Shown in pieces: positions 51,904-61,363 of a DNA stretch of 62,939 nt (its first letter is position 1; each line of letters starts with the position of its first letter). Origin of the DNA: Deltaproteobacteria bacterium (GTDB lineage: Bacteria; Desulfobacterota; GWC2-55-46). Where the stretch lies: positions 1 through 62,939 of the forward strand of contig JACRCM010000100.1 of the NCBI GenBank assembly GCA_016219025.1, read 5' to 3'. The position numbers were made by a program, and so were the translations under genes. The notes under the pieces are model-generated. The model saw only the letters and a list, made by a program, of their open reading frames with translations, did no database searches and was not told where the DNA came from.

Positions 51904-52617
51904 TTATCCCGCAAACCCCTTTATTATCGACTCGAAGACCCCCCTGCCGCCGGTCATGCCGAGGACGTCCTCGCAGGCGCGTTCAGGGTGGGGCATGGTG
52001 CCCATGACGTTGCCGGTCTCGTTCACTATGGCCGCGATATTCGCGGCGGAACCGTTAGGGTTGGCCTCCGCGGCCGCCTGACCGCCGGGCGTGGAATAAC
52101 GGAAAACGACCCTGCCGGAGTCCTCAAGCCTCTTGACCGTGTCCGCGTCCGCGTAATAATTGCCGTCGGCGTGCGCGATGGGCAGCTTCAAGACCTGTCC
52201 CTGCTTATATGCGCTGGTGAAGGCGGTCTTGTTATTCTCGACGCAGAGGTTCGCCGCGGCGCAGATGAACTTCAGGTCTTTATTCCGCATGAGCACGCCG
52301 GGCAGCAGCCCCGCCTCTGCGAGTATCTGGAATCCGTTGCAGATGCCGAGCACGAGCCCGCCCTTCCCGGCGAAGGCTGTGACCTCGTTCATAACCGGCG
52401 AAAACCGCGCTATCGCGCCGGTGCGGAGGTAGTCTCCGTACGAAAATCCGCCGGGCAGTATGACGCAGTCGAAGCCTTTTAGCTCCGTTGCCTTGTGCCA
52501 GACGTATTCGGCCTCGCACCCGAATACGTGCTTTACCGCGTGGTAGCAGTCATGGTCGCAATTGGACCCTGGGAAGACGACTATTGCAAATTTCACGTTT
52601 GAATCCTCTGCGGACAA
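51904..52617 (-). CDS. purQ: Phosphoribosylformylglycinamidine synthase subunit PurQ (glutaminase)
   Basis: [19 protein letters not shown]...[13 protein letters not shown]...GICNGFQIL...HPER. Confidence 0.9.
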   Translation of the reverse strand: MSAEDSNVKFAIVVFPGSNCDHDCYHAVKHVFGCEAEYVWHKATELKGFDCVILPGGFSYGDYLRTGAIARFSPVMNEVTAFAGKGGLVLGICNGFQILAEAGLLPGVLMRNKDLKFICAAANLCVENNKTAFTSAYKQGQVLKLPIAHADGNYYADADTVKRLEDSGRVVFRYSTPGGQAAAEANPNGSAANIAAIVNETGNVMGTMPHPERACEDVLGMTGGRGVFESIIKGFAG

Positions 52618-52638
52618 TAAAGGGCTGGCGGCGCGGCG

Positions 52639-52878
52639 CTACTCCATCTCTATCCTGTAATTCTCGATGACGGTGTTCGCGAGGAGCTTCTCGCACATCT
52701 CGCGGAGCCGCGCCTCGGCGGCCTCTTTCGAGGCCCCGTCAAGCTCAAGTTCCATGTACTTGCCGATGCGCAGGTCTTTGACCTCGCCGAACGCCATCGA
52801 GTGCAGGGCGCCGACAACGGCCTTGCCCTGCGGGTCGAGCACGCCTTTTTTAAGCGTTACGTAGATTCGTGCCTTCAT
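52639..52878 (-). CDS. purS: Phosphoribosylformylglycinamidine synthase subunit PurS
   Basis: MKARIYVTLKKGVLDPQGKAVVGALHSMAFGEVKDLRIGKYMELELD is the canonical PurS pattern. Confidence 0.9.
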   Translation of the reverse strand: MKARIYVTLKKGVLDPQGKAVVGALHSMAFGEVKDLRIGKYMELELDGASKEAAEARLREMCEKLLANTVIENYRIEME

Positions 52879-52905
52879 CTGGAGTCCTTATGCGGGTTTT
52901 ATATG

Positions 52906-53106
52906 CTACGCAGTCTCGAATTGCAGCATCTTCAACTGTTCAGGCGCCGCCCTTGCGCTGATATTCAGTAGTTCGATCCCCACCGCCTTGCCGGCGGCGT
53001 TGAAGTCCAGAATAACGCCTGGTTCGACCTCCTCGGACTCGGCTATTGCGGACTCGTCAAGCCGGAAATAAAGGGCGTCGCTTTCATTATCGACCTTCAA
53101 TCTCAT
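52906..53106 (-). CDS. DUF2283-domain protein (putative antitoxin-like)
   Basis: MRLKVDNESDALYFRLDESAIAESEEVEPGVILDFNAAGKAVGIELLN is the DUF2283 pattern (D.LY..l........gvi.D....G...GIE.l). Confidence 0.75.
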   Translation of the reverse strand: MRLKVDNESDALYFRLDESAIAESEEVEPGVILDFNAAGKAVGIELLNISARAAPEQLKMLQFETA

Positions 53107-53360
53107 ATTTGCCTCCCCGCTTTACGGTCAAAAAACACCGTGACAACTTTATGCGGCAACGCCCTCCTGTTTACGACCACATGCGGAACCCTTGACCCAT
53201 ATTCAGGAATGCGCTTATAGTAATGACTGTTATCATCTACCCCTTCCGCAACATGCTCATGTCCTCCGATGGCGCGCCATACCCATTCCTCAGGGATGCC
53301 CCTCTCCTTAATCATCTCGCCGGCATGTTTTGTAATGATGATATCGCTGCCTTTCGCCAA
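53103..53360 (-). CDS. DUF4258-domain protein (putative toxin-like)
   Basis: ITKHAGEMIKERGIPEEWVWRAI...VVVNRRALPHKVVTVF is the DUF4258 pattern. ATGA overlap with the DUF2283 gene. Confidence 0.7.
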   Translation of the reverse strand: MAKGSDIIITKHAGEMIKERGIPEEWVWRAIGGHEHVAEGVDDNSHYYKRIPEYGSRVPHVVVNRRALPHKVVTVFFDRKAGRQI

Positions 53361-53370
53361 GCGCCCCCCC

Positions 53371-54081
53371 CTACTCCATCACCTTCCTCAGAACCTCCTG
53401 ATACGCCTCCTCGACCTTGCCGAGGTCGCGCCTGAACCTGTCCTTGTCGAGCTTTTCGCGGGTCTCCCTGTCCCAGAGGCGGCAGCCGTTCGGGGTGACC
53501 TCGTCTCCGAGCAGCACCTCGCCCCTATGTATGCCGAACTCCAGCTTGAAATCGACCAGTATTATACCGCGTTCAACGAAGAATTCCGACAGGATTCTGT
53601 CGACCTTGAGCGCCGAGGTCTCCATCTGACGGAGTTCGCCCATCTCGGCCAGACCGAACGCCCTTATGTGATACTCGTTTATCATCGGGTCTCCGAGCGG
53701 GTCGCTCTTGTAGTAGAGCTCTATTATCGTCTCCTTTAGAGCCGTCCCCTCATCCACGCCCATCCTCTTGGAGAGGCTTCCGGCGGCGATGTTCCTCACC
53801 ACCACCTCTATGGGGATGATCCTGAGTTTCTTTACCAGCATCTCCCGGTCGCTCGGCATGTCGATGAAGTGGGTCTTGACGCCGCGCCCTTCGAGGTGCC
53901 TGAATATGCGCGAGGATATCTTGTTGTTGAGTATCCCCTTCTCCTTGATTATCCCCTTCTTCTTGCCGTCAAAGGCCGTGGCCTCGTCCTTGAAATACTG
54001 GATGAGCTGATCCGGGTTCCCGGTCGTATAGAGCGCCTTGGCCTTGCCCTCGTCTATCTTTTCGAGTCTCGTCATATCCAT
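53371..54081 (-). CDS. purC: Phosphoribosylaminoimidazole-succinocarboxamide synthase
   Basis: GKAKALYTTGNPDQLIQYFKDEATAFDGKKKG...IIPIEVVVRN.AAGS...LVDFKLEFG. Confidence 0.9.
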   Translation of the reverse strand: MDMTRLEKIDEGKAKALYTTGNPDQLIQYFKDEATAFDGKKKGIIKEKGILNNKISSRIFRHLEGRGVKTHFIDMPSDREMLVKKLRIIPIEVVVRNIAAGSLSKRMGVDEGTALKETIIELYYKSDPLGDPMINEYHIRAFGLAEMGELRQMETSALKVDRILSEFFVERGIILVDFKLEFGIHRGEVLLGDEVTPNGCRLWDRETREKLDKDRFRRDLGKVEEAYQEVLRKVME

Positions 54082-54086
54082 CTCCT

Positions 54087-55388
54087 TCAGTCTTTCTTCT
54101 TGAAAGTCCTCTTGAATATATAATCCACGTGCCTCAGGTACGGCCTTACGTCAAAACAGCGTTCGACCTCTTTCGCCGACATGTAGTTCATCACCTCGGC
54201 GTCGTCGAGCAAGCTGGAGTTGAAATCCCCAAGCCCTTCCCAGACCTGCATGGCGCACCTCTGAACCGCCGCGTAAGCCTGCTCGCGGGTAAGCCCCTTT
54301 GCCACGAGCGCGAGGAGCACCCGCTGGGAGTAGACAAGCCCCTTCAATTTTTCCATGTTGGCGAGCATGTTGTCCGGGTAGACGACGAGGCCGCGCGCGA
54401 GGCCGGTCATGCGCCCGAGCATAAAATCCAGCAGTATCGTAGCGTCGGGCGCTATGACCCGCTCGACCGACGAGTGGCTTATGTCGCGCTCGTGCCACAG
54501 GGCCACGTCCTCCATCGCGCTCACCGAATACCCGCGCACGAGGCGCGCAAGGCCGGTAAGGTTCTCCGAGAGTATCGGGTTCCTCTTGTGCGGCATGGCG
54601 GATGAGCCTTTCTGACCTGCGGTAAACGGCTCCTCGGCCTCAAGGACCTCAGTCCTTTGCAGGTGGCGTATCTCTACCGCGAACTTTTCAAGCGACGAGG
54701 CGACTATGGCGAGCGTCGAGAAGTACTCCGCGTGCCTATCCCTGTGCACTACCTGCGTTGCGACGGATTCGGGCTTGAGACCCAATATTTTGAGGGCGTA
54801 CTCCTCGACGAACGGCTCGACGCTTGAGAACGTCCCGACCGCGCCGGAGAGCTTGCCGTATGATATGACCTCCCTTGCGCGCCGCATCCGCTCAAGGTTC
54901 CTCTGCATCTCGTCGTGCCAAAGGGCCATCTTGAGGCCGAAGGTCGTCGGCTCCGCGTGGATGCCGTGGCTCCGCCCCATCATCACGGTCGTCTTATGCT
55001 CGTGCGCCTTGTCCTTGAGCACGGCGAGGAGGGCCTCGATGTCCTTGATGATTATCTCGGCGGCCTCGCGCAAAAGGAGCGCAAGCGAGGTATCGAGCAC
55101 GTCCGACGAGGTAAGCCCGATGTGTATGTAGCGCGAATCCGGCCCCACGAACTCGGCGACCGAGGTGAGGAACGCTATCACGTCGTGCTTTACGGTCTTC
55201 TCTATCTCGTCGATGCGGGCTATGTCGAACCGCGCGGTCTTCTTTATCCTGTCGAGGGATTTCTTGGGGATCCTGCCGAGCCTGCACCACGCCTCGCAAG
55301 CGGATAACTCGACCTCAAGCCACTTGTTGAACCGGTTCTCCGGCTCCCATATACGCGCCATCTCCGGCCTTGAATAACGGGGTATCAC
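54087..55388 (-). CDS. purB: Adenylosuccinate lyase
   Basis: MIPRYSRPEMARIWEPENRF...GLTSSDVLDT...GSSAMPHKRNP (fumarate lyase signature). Confidence 0.9.
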   Translation of the reverse strand: MIPRYSRPEMARIWEPENRFNKWLEVELSACEAWCRLGRIPKKSLDRIKKTARFDIARIDEIEKTVKHDVIAFLTSVAEFVGPDSRYIHIGLTSSDVLDTSLALLLREAAEIIIKDIEALLAVLKDKAHEHKTTVMMGRSHGIHAEPTTFGLKMALWHDEMQRNLERMRRAREVISYGKLSGAVGTFSSVEPFVEEYALKILGLKPESVATQVVHRDRHAEYFSTLAIVASSLEKFAVEIRHLQRTEVLEAEEPFTAGQKGSSAMPHKRNPILSENLTGLARLVRGYSVSAMEDVALWHERDISHSSVERVIAPDATILLDFMLGRMTGLARGLVVYPDNMLANMEKLKGLVYSQRVLLALVAKGLTREQAYAAVQRCAMQVWEGLGDFNSSLLDDAEVMNYMSAKEVERCFDVRPYLRHVDYIFKRTFKKKD

Positions 55389-55560
55389 CGCATCCCTCCT
55401 CGGCGTTGTAGAGGATTAGAATATACCAGAACCCATGCAAAAAACAAGGGCGTTTTGCGGCGAGTGAACGACGGGCGGCATAAAAAAACGGCCGCCAGCC
55501 CCATCTTTGCTGAAATGGGACGGACGGCCGTTGGATGGATATCAAAACCCCTTCCCCCTT

Positions 55561-55660
55561 GCGAGGAGCGCGATTTACAAAGTGAGACCCCTGAAAAAGG
55601 GGTATTTTCCGTCATTGCAAAGCGAAGCAATCCCGTGTCGTAGATAAATCAGCGAGTTCC
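55561..55660. repeat. Rearranged MITE-module element
   Basis: GCGAGGAGCGCGATTTACAAAG is the reverse complement of CTTTGTAAATCGCGCTCCTCGC found in copies a and c. GTCATTGCAAAGCGAAGCAATC is a hairpin. It ends with ATAAATCAGCGAGTTCC, a family terminus. Confidence 0.6.
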
Positions 55661-55833
55661 AAGTCTCTTTATAAGACTTATGCAAAGGTCTCTATGAGGT
55701 GGGGGGATGCTCCAACAGCCCCCATCCTAACCTTCCCCCCAGAAGCGGGGGGAAGGGATATTCGCTTGACAAACAAGCCAGTATCTACGGCTGGAGATGG
55801 AGACGAGAAAACAGCCGCCGAGTCCGCGCCCCC

Positions 55834-56634
55834 CTACCTCGCCTTTTCTATCTCCATGAGGGCGTTCCATGCCTCGGCGCTTACGAGTTCGTCGGGCCAG
55901 TCTTCGTAGGCGCGGACGTATTCCACGAACTGCTTAGTTCTCTTGCCGAGCGAGGCCGCGAGTTTCAGGAGCGCGACTATCGCGTCCTTGGCGTTGGCGT
56001 CCCCGGCCTCCATGAGCGCGTTCAATATCTTTGGCACGTCCGCGTCGGCTATCTGATACGGGTCTCTTGAGAGCACCTCGGCGACCGTCGCGGCGGCGTT
56101 GTGGTTGCCGAAGTTCAATATCGCCACGAGCGCGTCCACGCCCTTTTTGCCGCAGTTGGCGAGCACGTCGGCGGAGGTCATGCGGTAGTAGTGCTCGGCG
56201 TGGGCGAGGACGTGTTTTTTCAATATCTCCAAGCCCGAATCGCCGAAGACCTTGGCGATGATCGTGGCCGAGGACTTCCTGACGTGGTAGGCGTCGCTGT
56301 TCAAGTGTTCGGCGAGGACGAACTTGGCCTCCATCGCGAAGTATCTGGAGAGTTCCTCGCACGCAAATATAGAGACGTCCTCTCTCTTGTGGTCGAGGGC
56401 AGAGGTGAGCACGTCGAAGAAGAGGCGGCTCCGGGAGGCGGCCACGGTGTGGAATATGAGCTGCGCGGTGAGGTGCGCCGGGGTGTTGTGGATGAGGTCG
56501 TATAGCTCCTTTACGACCTCCTGCGGCTCTTTTTTGGCGAGGGAATTGATGAGCATCGTGCCCTCCGCCTCGGTCACGGTGCCCGCGCTCACCTTGCCGA
56601 ACATGTTCAGAAGCTGGTCTCTTACGGTGCTCAT
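55834..56634 (-). CDS. HEAT/ARM-like helical repeat protein (266 aa)
   Basis: All-helical repeat pattern (e.g. SDAYHVRKSSATIIAKVFGD, GNHNAAATVAEVLS, GDANAKDAIVALLKLA). Last gene of the kinase operon. Confidence 0.55.
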   Translation of the reverse strand: MSTVRDQLLNMFGKVSAGTVTEAEGTMLINSLAKKEPQEVVKELYDLIHNTPAHLTAQLIFHTVAASRSRLFFDVLTSALDHKREDVSIFACEELSRYFAMEAKFVLAEHLNSDAYHVRKSSATIIAKVFGDSGLEILKKHVLAHAEHYYRMTSADVLANCGKKGVDALVAILNFGNHNAAATVAEVLSRDPYQIADADVPKILNALMEAGDANAKDAIVALLKLAASLGKRTKQFVEYVRAYEDWPDELVSAEAWNALMEIEKAR

Positions 56635-56848
56635 GGGCCGCCTTTTACCGGGTATATCAGCGCTTGCGTCTATTCAACACTTATAACCTCTTGCGCCGTC
56701 TTTGTCAATCGGCAAGATGACATATAGCAGGGTGGACCGCGCCCGCCAGCATTCACTGGGGCGTGGAAGCGATCATAATAACCTGATTATCACGGACTGC
56801 GGAGGGGACGGGCTGTCTCGCCGCCGTTTAGAGGCCGGCCTCGCCGAT

Positions 56849-57715
56849 TTACAAAGCAGCTTTATGCAAGACCTCTGAGATAGCGCGCTTGATATCTCTG
56901 ATTGAGGCGGGTTTTTCAAGGTACCTGAGGTTGTTCTTCTCGAAGAAGGCGGCGTTATCCTCGCCGTAGTTGGTCAGGAAGATGAAGCGGTCTTTTATGC
57001 CCGGATACCTCTCGACCGCCTTTTTGTATAACTCCACCCCGTCCATGACCGGCATCCGCACGTCCGAGATTATCGCGGCATACCACTTGGCCTCTATCTT
57101 GCGAAGCGCCTCGTCGCCGTTGGACGCGCGATCCACGATGCCGTGATCGGCCAGGAGGGTGTTGAACGCCTCGGTCATGGCCTCCTCGTCGTCGACGACG
57201 AGGAGGTTTTCCCTGGCGGCCACGGGCAGGAGCGCGATCTTGCCGAGCACGGCGTGGAATTCAGGATGCGCCTTTACATAGCCTTCGATGCGGCCCTTGT
57301 GCTCGCGGAAGTCCAGGGCGTCCGTGATAAGCCCGGCGAGCCGCCCCTTCACCGAGTTGGCGGCATAGAGGAGAAAGTCATTATGCTCGGACATCTCCAG
57401 TTCGACAATAGCATGGAGGAGCTGCTCCTTCGTCATGCTGCCGGACTCGAGCCTGGCCTCGCTCTCGCGCAGCCTTGCCTCGGTCTTCGCCATGCTCTCG
57501 GTGTCGATGGAGTAGGATATCTCCAGACCCTTGAACTCCTCGGAGAGGGCGTATATGGCCTTTACTACGGCATAATGCCTCTTTTCGTCGGCCTCGAGGC
57601 GCTTGAGGGTCTCCCAGAGCTCCCTGTCGTCATAGAAGAGCTCGGCGGCCCGGCCGTAGAACCTCTGCGCCGCGTCCTCCACGTGCATCAGCCATCTGGT
57701 CTTTTCAACGATCAT
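56849..57715 (-). CDS. Response regulator with an N-terminal ferritin-like four-helix domain and a C-terminal receiver (288 aa)
   Basis: The C-terminal half is LLVVDDEEAMTEAFNTLL...AAIISDVRMPVMDGVELYK...FLTNY...LEKP (REC). The N-terminal half is ferritin/rubrerythrin-like (EDAAQRFY...LEADEKRHYAVV...VELEMSEHNDF). Confidence 0.75.
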   Translation of the reverse strand: MIVEKTRWLMHVEDAAQRFYGRAAELFYDDRELWETLKRLEADEKRHYAVVKAIYALSEEFKGLEISYSIDTESMAKTEARLRESEARLESGSMTKEQLLHAIVELEMSEHNDFLLYAANSVKGRLAGLITDALDFREHKGRIEGYVKAHPEFHAVLGKIALLPVAARENLLVVDDEEAMTEAFNTLLADHGIVDRASNGDEALRKIEAKWYAAIISDVRMPVMDGVELYKKAVERYPGIKDRFIFLTNYGEDNAAFFEKNNLRYLEKPASIRDIKRAISEVLHKAAL

Positions 57716-57787
57716 TGCGCCGCCACCCCGCCATATTCATATATTCAACTATACAATATAGCATAAAAACCGCCCTTAATGCAACCC

Positions 57788-60700
57788 TCAGACGGTCTTG
57801 GGGCGGTAGACCTCAAGCTTATTGCCGCCCTTGCCCCTCGCATCGGCGAGCGAGGCCCCGGCGTGCTGGATGATCTCCTCCATCGTGTCGGTCTTGAGTT
57901 CCGCCGCGCCTATGGAGATGGTCAAAGTGCCCGTGGGCAGGCAGTCCTCGTGGATGAACGGATAGTCGTGTATGGTATTGAGAAACCGCCTGGCTAGCAC
58001 GACCCCGGCGTCAGCGACCGTATTCGTGAGGATGAGGCTGAAGGCGCACCTGTCATACCTGACGAGCACGTCGGAGCCGCGTATGCCCTTCTTGAGTATC
58101 TCGGCGGTTTTTTTCAGGACGAGGTTCCCGTAGTACTCGCCCTTGGCCGCCGCGTAATGGTCGAAGTTGTCCAACTCAAGCATGAGAAGGACGAGCGGCA
58201 GGTTGTAGCGCAGAGACCGGCTTATCTCCTGAGAGAGGCGTATCTTCATATACCTGCGGTTGAAGACCGAGGTGACCTCGTCAACCAGCCCGGCCTTCTC
58301 CGGGTAGAGCACCTCGAGGCCCTTGAGGTGCGAGACGAGCTCCCCGCTTCCGAGCGTGTCCTTCTTGAGTATCCTCGACACGTGGCCGGTAAGCAGGTGT
58401 TTTTCAGCGGTGGAGATGTCCTGGGAGGTCAGAACGAAGAGCGGCGTCTCCATCAGGGAGACGTTGTGCTTGAGCCTCCTGATGACCCCGAACCCCTTTT
58501 CAGGGTCTTCCACGTCCACTATTATCGCGTTGGGCTTCATGGCGACGGCGAGATCGACCCCGCCCTCCTCGTCGAGCGCGTGGTGAAGGACGACCTCGCC
58601 GCCCTGAAGCGTCCTGGAGACGTAGTCGCGCGTGCCATGGTCGCCGCTTACAAGGAGCACGCTCAGGGAGCGGCCTTTTTTCCTCTCCCGCGCTATGTTG
58701 GTGAGCTTGTCTATGAGCGTGGAGTGGTCGAGCGGTTTTACGATATAATCCGTCGCCCCGAGCGCGAAGGCGAGCTCGGTATTTTCTATTATGGAGTGGA
58801 TGATGACCGGGATGTCCCGCGTCTCATGGCTGGACTTGAGGGCCTGGAGCACCTCCCAGCCGTCCTTCTTGGGAAGCATTATGTCGAGCGTTATGACGAA
58901 CGGCTTAATCTCCCGCGCCTTGCGTATGGCCTCTTCCCCGTCATAGGCGTGCGCCACCTTGTACCCGGCCTGCGTGAGGTGTATGGTGATAAGCTCCACG
59001 GTCGGCAGGTCGTCCTCCACCACGAGCACCGTGGCGCCGTCCTCGGTCATGGCCGGGGTGTGAAATTCAGGAGAGGGCGCGCTGGGCTGCTGCTGGGCCG
59101 TGATGGCCTCCTGCGCCGAGACTATAGGCAGATATACGTCGAAGACCGCGCCCTGCCCTCCGCCCACGGTTATGTGCCCGCCGTGTATCTCTATCAGCTT
59201 CTTCGTGAGTGAAAGCCCGAGCCCCGTGCCCTCGGTGTTCTTCGAGGAGTCGAGCTGTTCGAACTCGTCGAATATGCGCTCCCTGTCCTCCGGCTTTATG
59301 CCCGGGCCCGTGTCCTCGACGGAGAACTTGAGGAACTCCTGCCACTTCCCGGCCCAGGGCAGGGCGCCGTCGTTCAATATCCTGGCCGCCCTTATCGTCA
59401 CGCGGCCGGACTCAGGCGTGAACTTTATGGCGTTGCTGACGAGGTTGTAGAGCACCTGCTTGAACTTGACCTTGTCCGCCACGAACTCGGCAGCCGCCGG
59501 ATCGATGAACTTCTCCACCGTTATGAGCTTGCGGTCGGCGAGCGGGGCAACGACCATCACCACCTCGTCTATGGTCGTCTTCATCTGGAACTTCTCATAC
59601 TGGAGCTGCGCCTTGCCCGCCTCTATCTTGGCGAGGTCGAGGATGTTGTTGACGAGGTGCAGGAGGTGCTTGCCGGAGGTGAATATGGTGGAGAGGAATT
59701 TTTCCTGCTTCTCGTTGAGCGGCCCGAAGGACTTCTGCACGAGTATCTCGGAGAAGCCGATGATCGAATGGAGCGGGGTGCGGAGCTCATGGGAGGCGTT
59801 GGCGATGAAGCGGCCCTTGAGCTCGTTCGCCTTCTTGAGCTCCTTGTTCGCCCGCTCAAGGTCGCGGGTGCGCTCCATGACCTTCTCCTCGAGGTTGCGG
59901 TTCAGCTCCTCAAGCTCCCTCCTGAGCCTCCTCTCGACGGTAACGTCCTTGCTGACGCCAACCGTGCCTATGACCGCGCCGGCCTTGTCCTTGAGTTCCG
60001 ATATGGTGAGGCTTATGTCGACGGGCGAGCCGTCCTTTTTTACAAGTATGGCCTCGTAGTTGTAGACCGCCCCGCGCTCCTTCATGAGCCTTATGACCTT
60101 GGCGCGCTCGGCCTTGTCGTAGTAGAACTCGTCGACGTATTTGCCTCGCGCCTCGGCCTCGGTGTAACCGAGCACGCGCTCTCCGCCCTTCGAGAACCTG
60201 ACTATGCGGCCCTCGACGTCGGCGGCGATGATCATGTCCTGCGAGTCGTCGAAGACGCCCTCGAGGGAGGTCAGGGACTCCTCCAGCTTGTGCATGAGCT
60301 TGAACTTTTCTATGGCATGCGCGGCCTGGGACGAAAAGAGCTTTATGAGGCCCTTGTCCCTGCCGGTGAACTCGCGTCCCTTCCAATCGATGATGTAGAG
60401 TATGCCGAGGAGGTCTCCGTTTATCCTGAGCGCGCAGGCGAGCGCGGCCTTGGCGCCGGAGGCGGAGAGGATGGAGTCCTTGCGCGCGTTGTCTTTCGGC
60501 GCGCCGCTCCACTCAACGGGTTCGGCGCCGGCGACGACAATCGACGCGAGACTGTCTTCGGAGGTCTTGAACCCGGCGGGCCTCGAGCTTGCGGCCTCCA
60601 TGCCGAGAGACGCGGCCAAGCGCATCTCGCCGCGCCCGGCGCCCTCTGCCAACGCTATGCACCCGGCCTGGGTGCCGGTAAGCTCAAGGGCGCTCTCAAG

Positions 60701-61105
60701 CACCGCGTCGAGAACGTCTTTTAGATCCTTGGATTTGGACAGGACGAGCCCGGTCTGGTAGAGGACGCCGAGGTCGGTTTTGGCCTGCCTCTGCGTGTCC
60801 ACGAGGTCCCACAGGAGACGCGCCCCGCGGCCCTCTATGACCTCGACGTAGTAGGGAAAATCATCCTTTATGGTCTTGCTTACGGCCGGGTCCCCGGTGG
60901 CGTTTATGACCATGTCCGGGTTTGCGTCGAAAAATTCGTTTATCGCGGCGGCCACCGGCACGCCGAGCCTCCTTGCGGCCGTCAGGCCGGGCGAGTCGCG
61001 GAACCGGTCGGTTATGCCTACGACCTTTACCTCATCGCTCGAATGAAAGAGTTCCAGAAGCGCCGCGCCGCCCCTGCCCGCGCCCACGATGGCGATCTTT
61101 ATCAT
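57788..61105 (-). CDS. Hybrid sensor: Rossmann-like N-domain - GAF - PAS - HisKA/HATPase - REC - pseudo-REC - degenerate GGDEF (1105 aa)
   Basis: MKIAIVGAGRGGAALLELF (GxGxxG). H-box ANASHELRTPLHSI. G-boxes EDTGPGI...GTGLGLSL. REC: VLVVEDD...ITLDIMLPKKDGWEV. The C-terminal GGDEF fold has VLVRYDRCAFSLIL in place of R.GGDEF. Confidence 0.85.
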   Translation of the reverse strand: MIKIAIVGAGRGGAALLELFHSSDEVKVVGITDRFRDSPGLTAARRLGVPVAAAINEFFDANPDMVINATGDPAVSKTIKDDFPYYVEVIEGRGARLLWDLVDTQRQAKTDLGVLYQTGLVLSKSKDLKDVLDAVLESALELTGTQAGCIALAEGAGRGEMRLAASLGMEAASSRPAGFKTSEDSLASIVVAGAEPVEWSGAPKDNARKDSILSASGAKAALACALRINGDLLGILYIIDWKGREFTGRDKGLIKLFSSQAAHAIEKFKLMHKLEESLTSLEGVFDDSQDMIIAADVEGRIVRFSKGGERVLGYTEAEARGKYVDEFYYDKAERAKVIRLMKERGAVYNYEAILVKKDGSPVDISLTISELKDKAGAVIGTVGVSKDVTVERRLRRELEELNRNLEEKVMERTRDLERANKELKKANELKGRFIANASHELRTPLHSIIGFSEILVQKSFGPLNEKQEKFLSTIFTSGKHLLHLVNNILDLAKIEAGKAQLQYEKFQMKTTIDEVVMVVAPLADRKLITVEKFIDPAAAEFVADKVKFKQVLYNLVSNAIKFTPESGRVTIRAARILNDGALPWAGKWQEFLKFSVEDTGPGIKPEDRERIFDEFEQLDSSKNTEGTGLGLSLTKKLIEIHGGHITVGGGQGAVFDVYLPIVSAQEAITAQQQPSAPSPEFHTPAMTEDGATVLVVEDDLPTVELITIHLTQAGYKVAHAYDGEEAIRKAREIKPFVITLDIMLPKKDGWEVLQALKSSHETRDIPVIIHSIIENTELAFALGATDYIVKPLDHSTLIDKLTNIARERKKGRSLSVLLVSGDHGTRDYVSRTLQGGEVVLHHALDEEGGVDLAVAMKPNAIIVDVEDPEKGFGVIRRLKHNVSLMETPLFVLTSQDISTAEKHLLTGHVSRILKKDTLGSGELVSHLKGLEVLYPEKAGLVDEVTSVFNRRYMKIRLSQEISRSLRYNLPLVLLMLELDNFDHYAAAKGEYYGNLVLKKTAEILKKGIRGSDVLVRYDRCAFSLILTNTVADAGVVLARRFLNTIHDYPFIHEDCLPTGTLTISIGAAELKTDTMEEIIQHAGASLADARGKGGNKLEVYRPKTV

Positions 61106-61131
61106 CTTGAAGGGTCCTCCCGGTGTGTTAG

Positions 61132-61291
61132 CAGGTTGCTGAAAAACTCAAAATGCCGTCATTGCTAACAGGTTATCGGTTGTCGGTGGCCGGTTATCAG
61201 TGGATGGTAAAAAACATGTCTTTATGCTTCGCCGATAACCGGTAACGTCTTACTCCTCGCAATGACGGAAAAAGGGTTTTTCAGCAACCTG
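61132..61291. repeat. 160-nt MITE-like element in the leader of the hybrid kinase gene
   Basis: Termini are CAGGTTGCTGAAAAAC...GTTTTTCAGCAACCTG. Sub-terminal CCGTCATTGC...GCAATGACGG. The interior is rich in GGTTATCGG/CCGATAACC words shared with 30513-30580. Confidence 0.75.
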
Positions 61292-61363
61292 TCAGAAAAC
61301 AGGACGTGGTAGGCGTGGGCTAAGGATTGCTTTTCCTGCCTCCTGTATCCAGCATCCCGCCGC

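Noticed and set aside
51197-52081. 294-aa plus-strand ORF
   Set aside because: It is antisense to metF and purQ and spans their intergenic gap. It is a shadow ORF.
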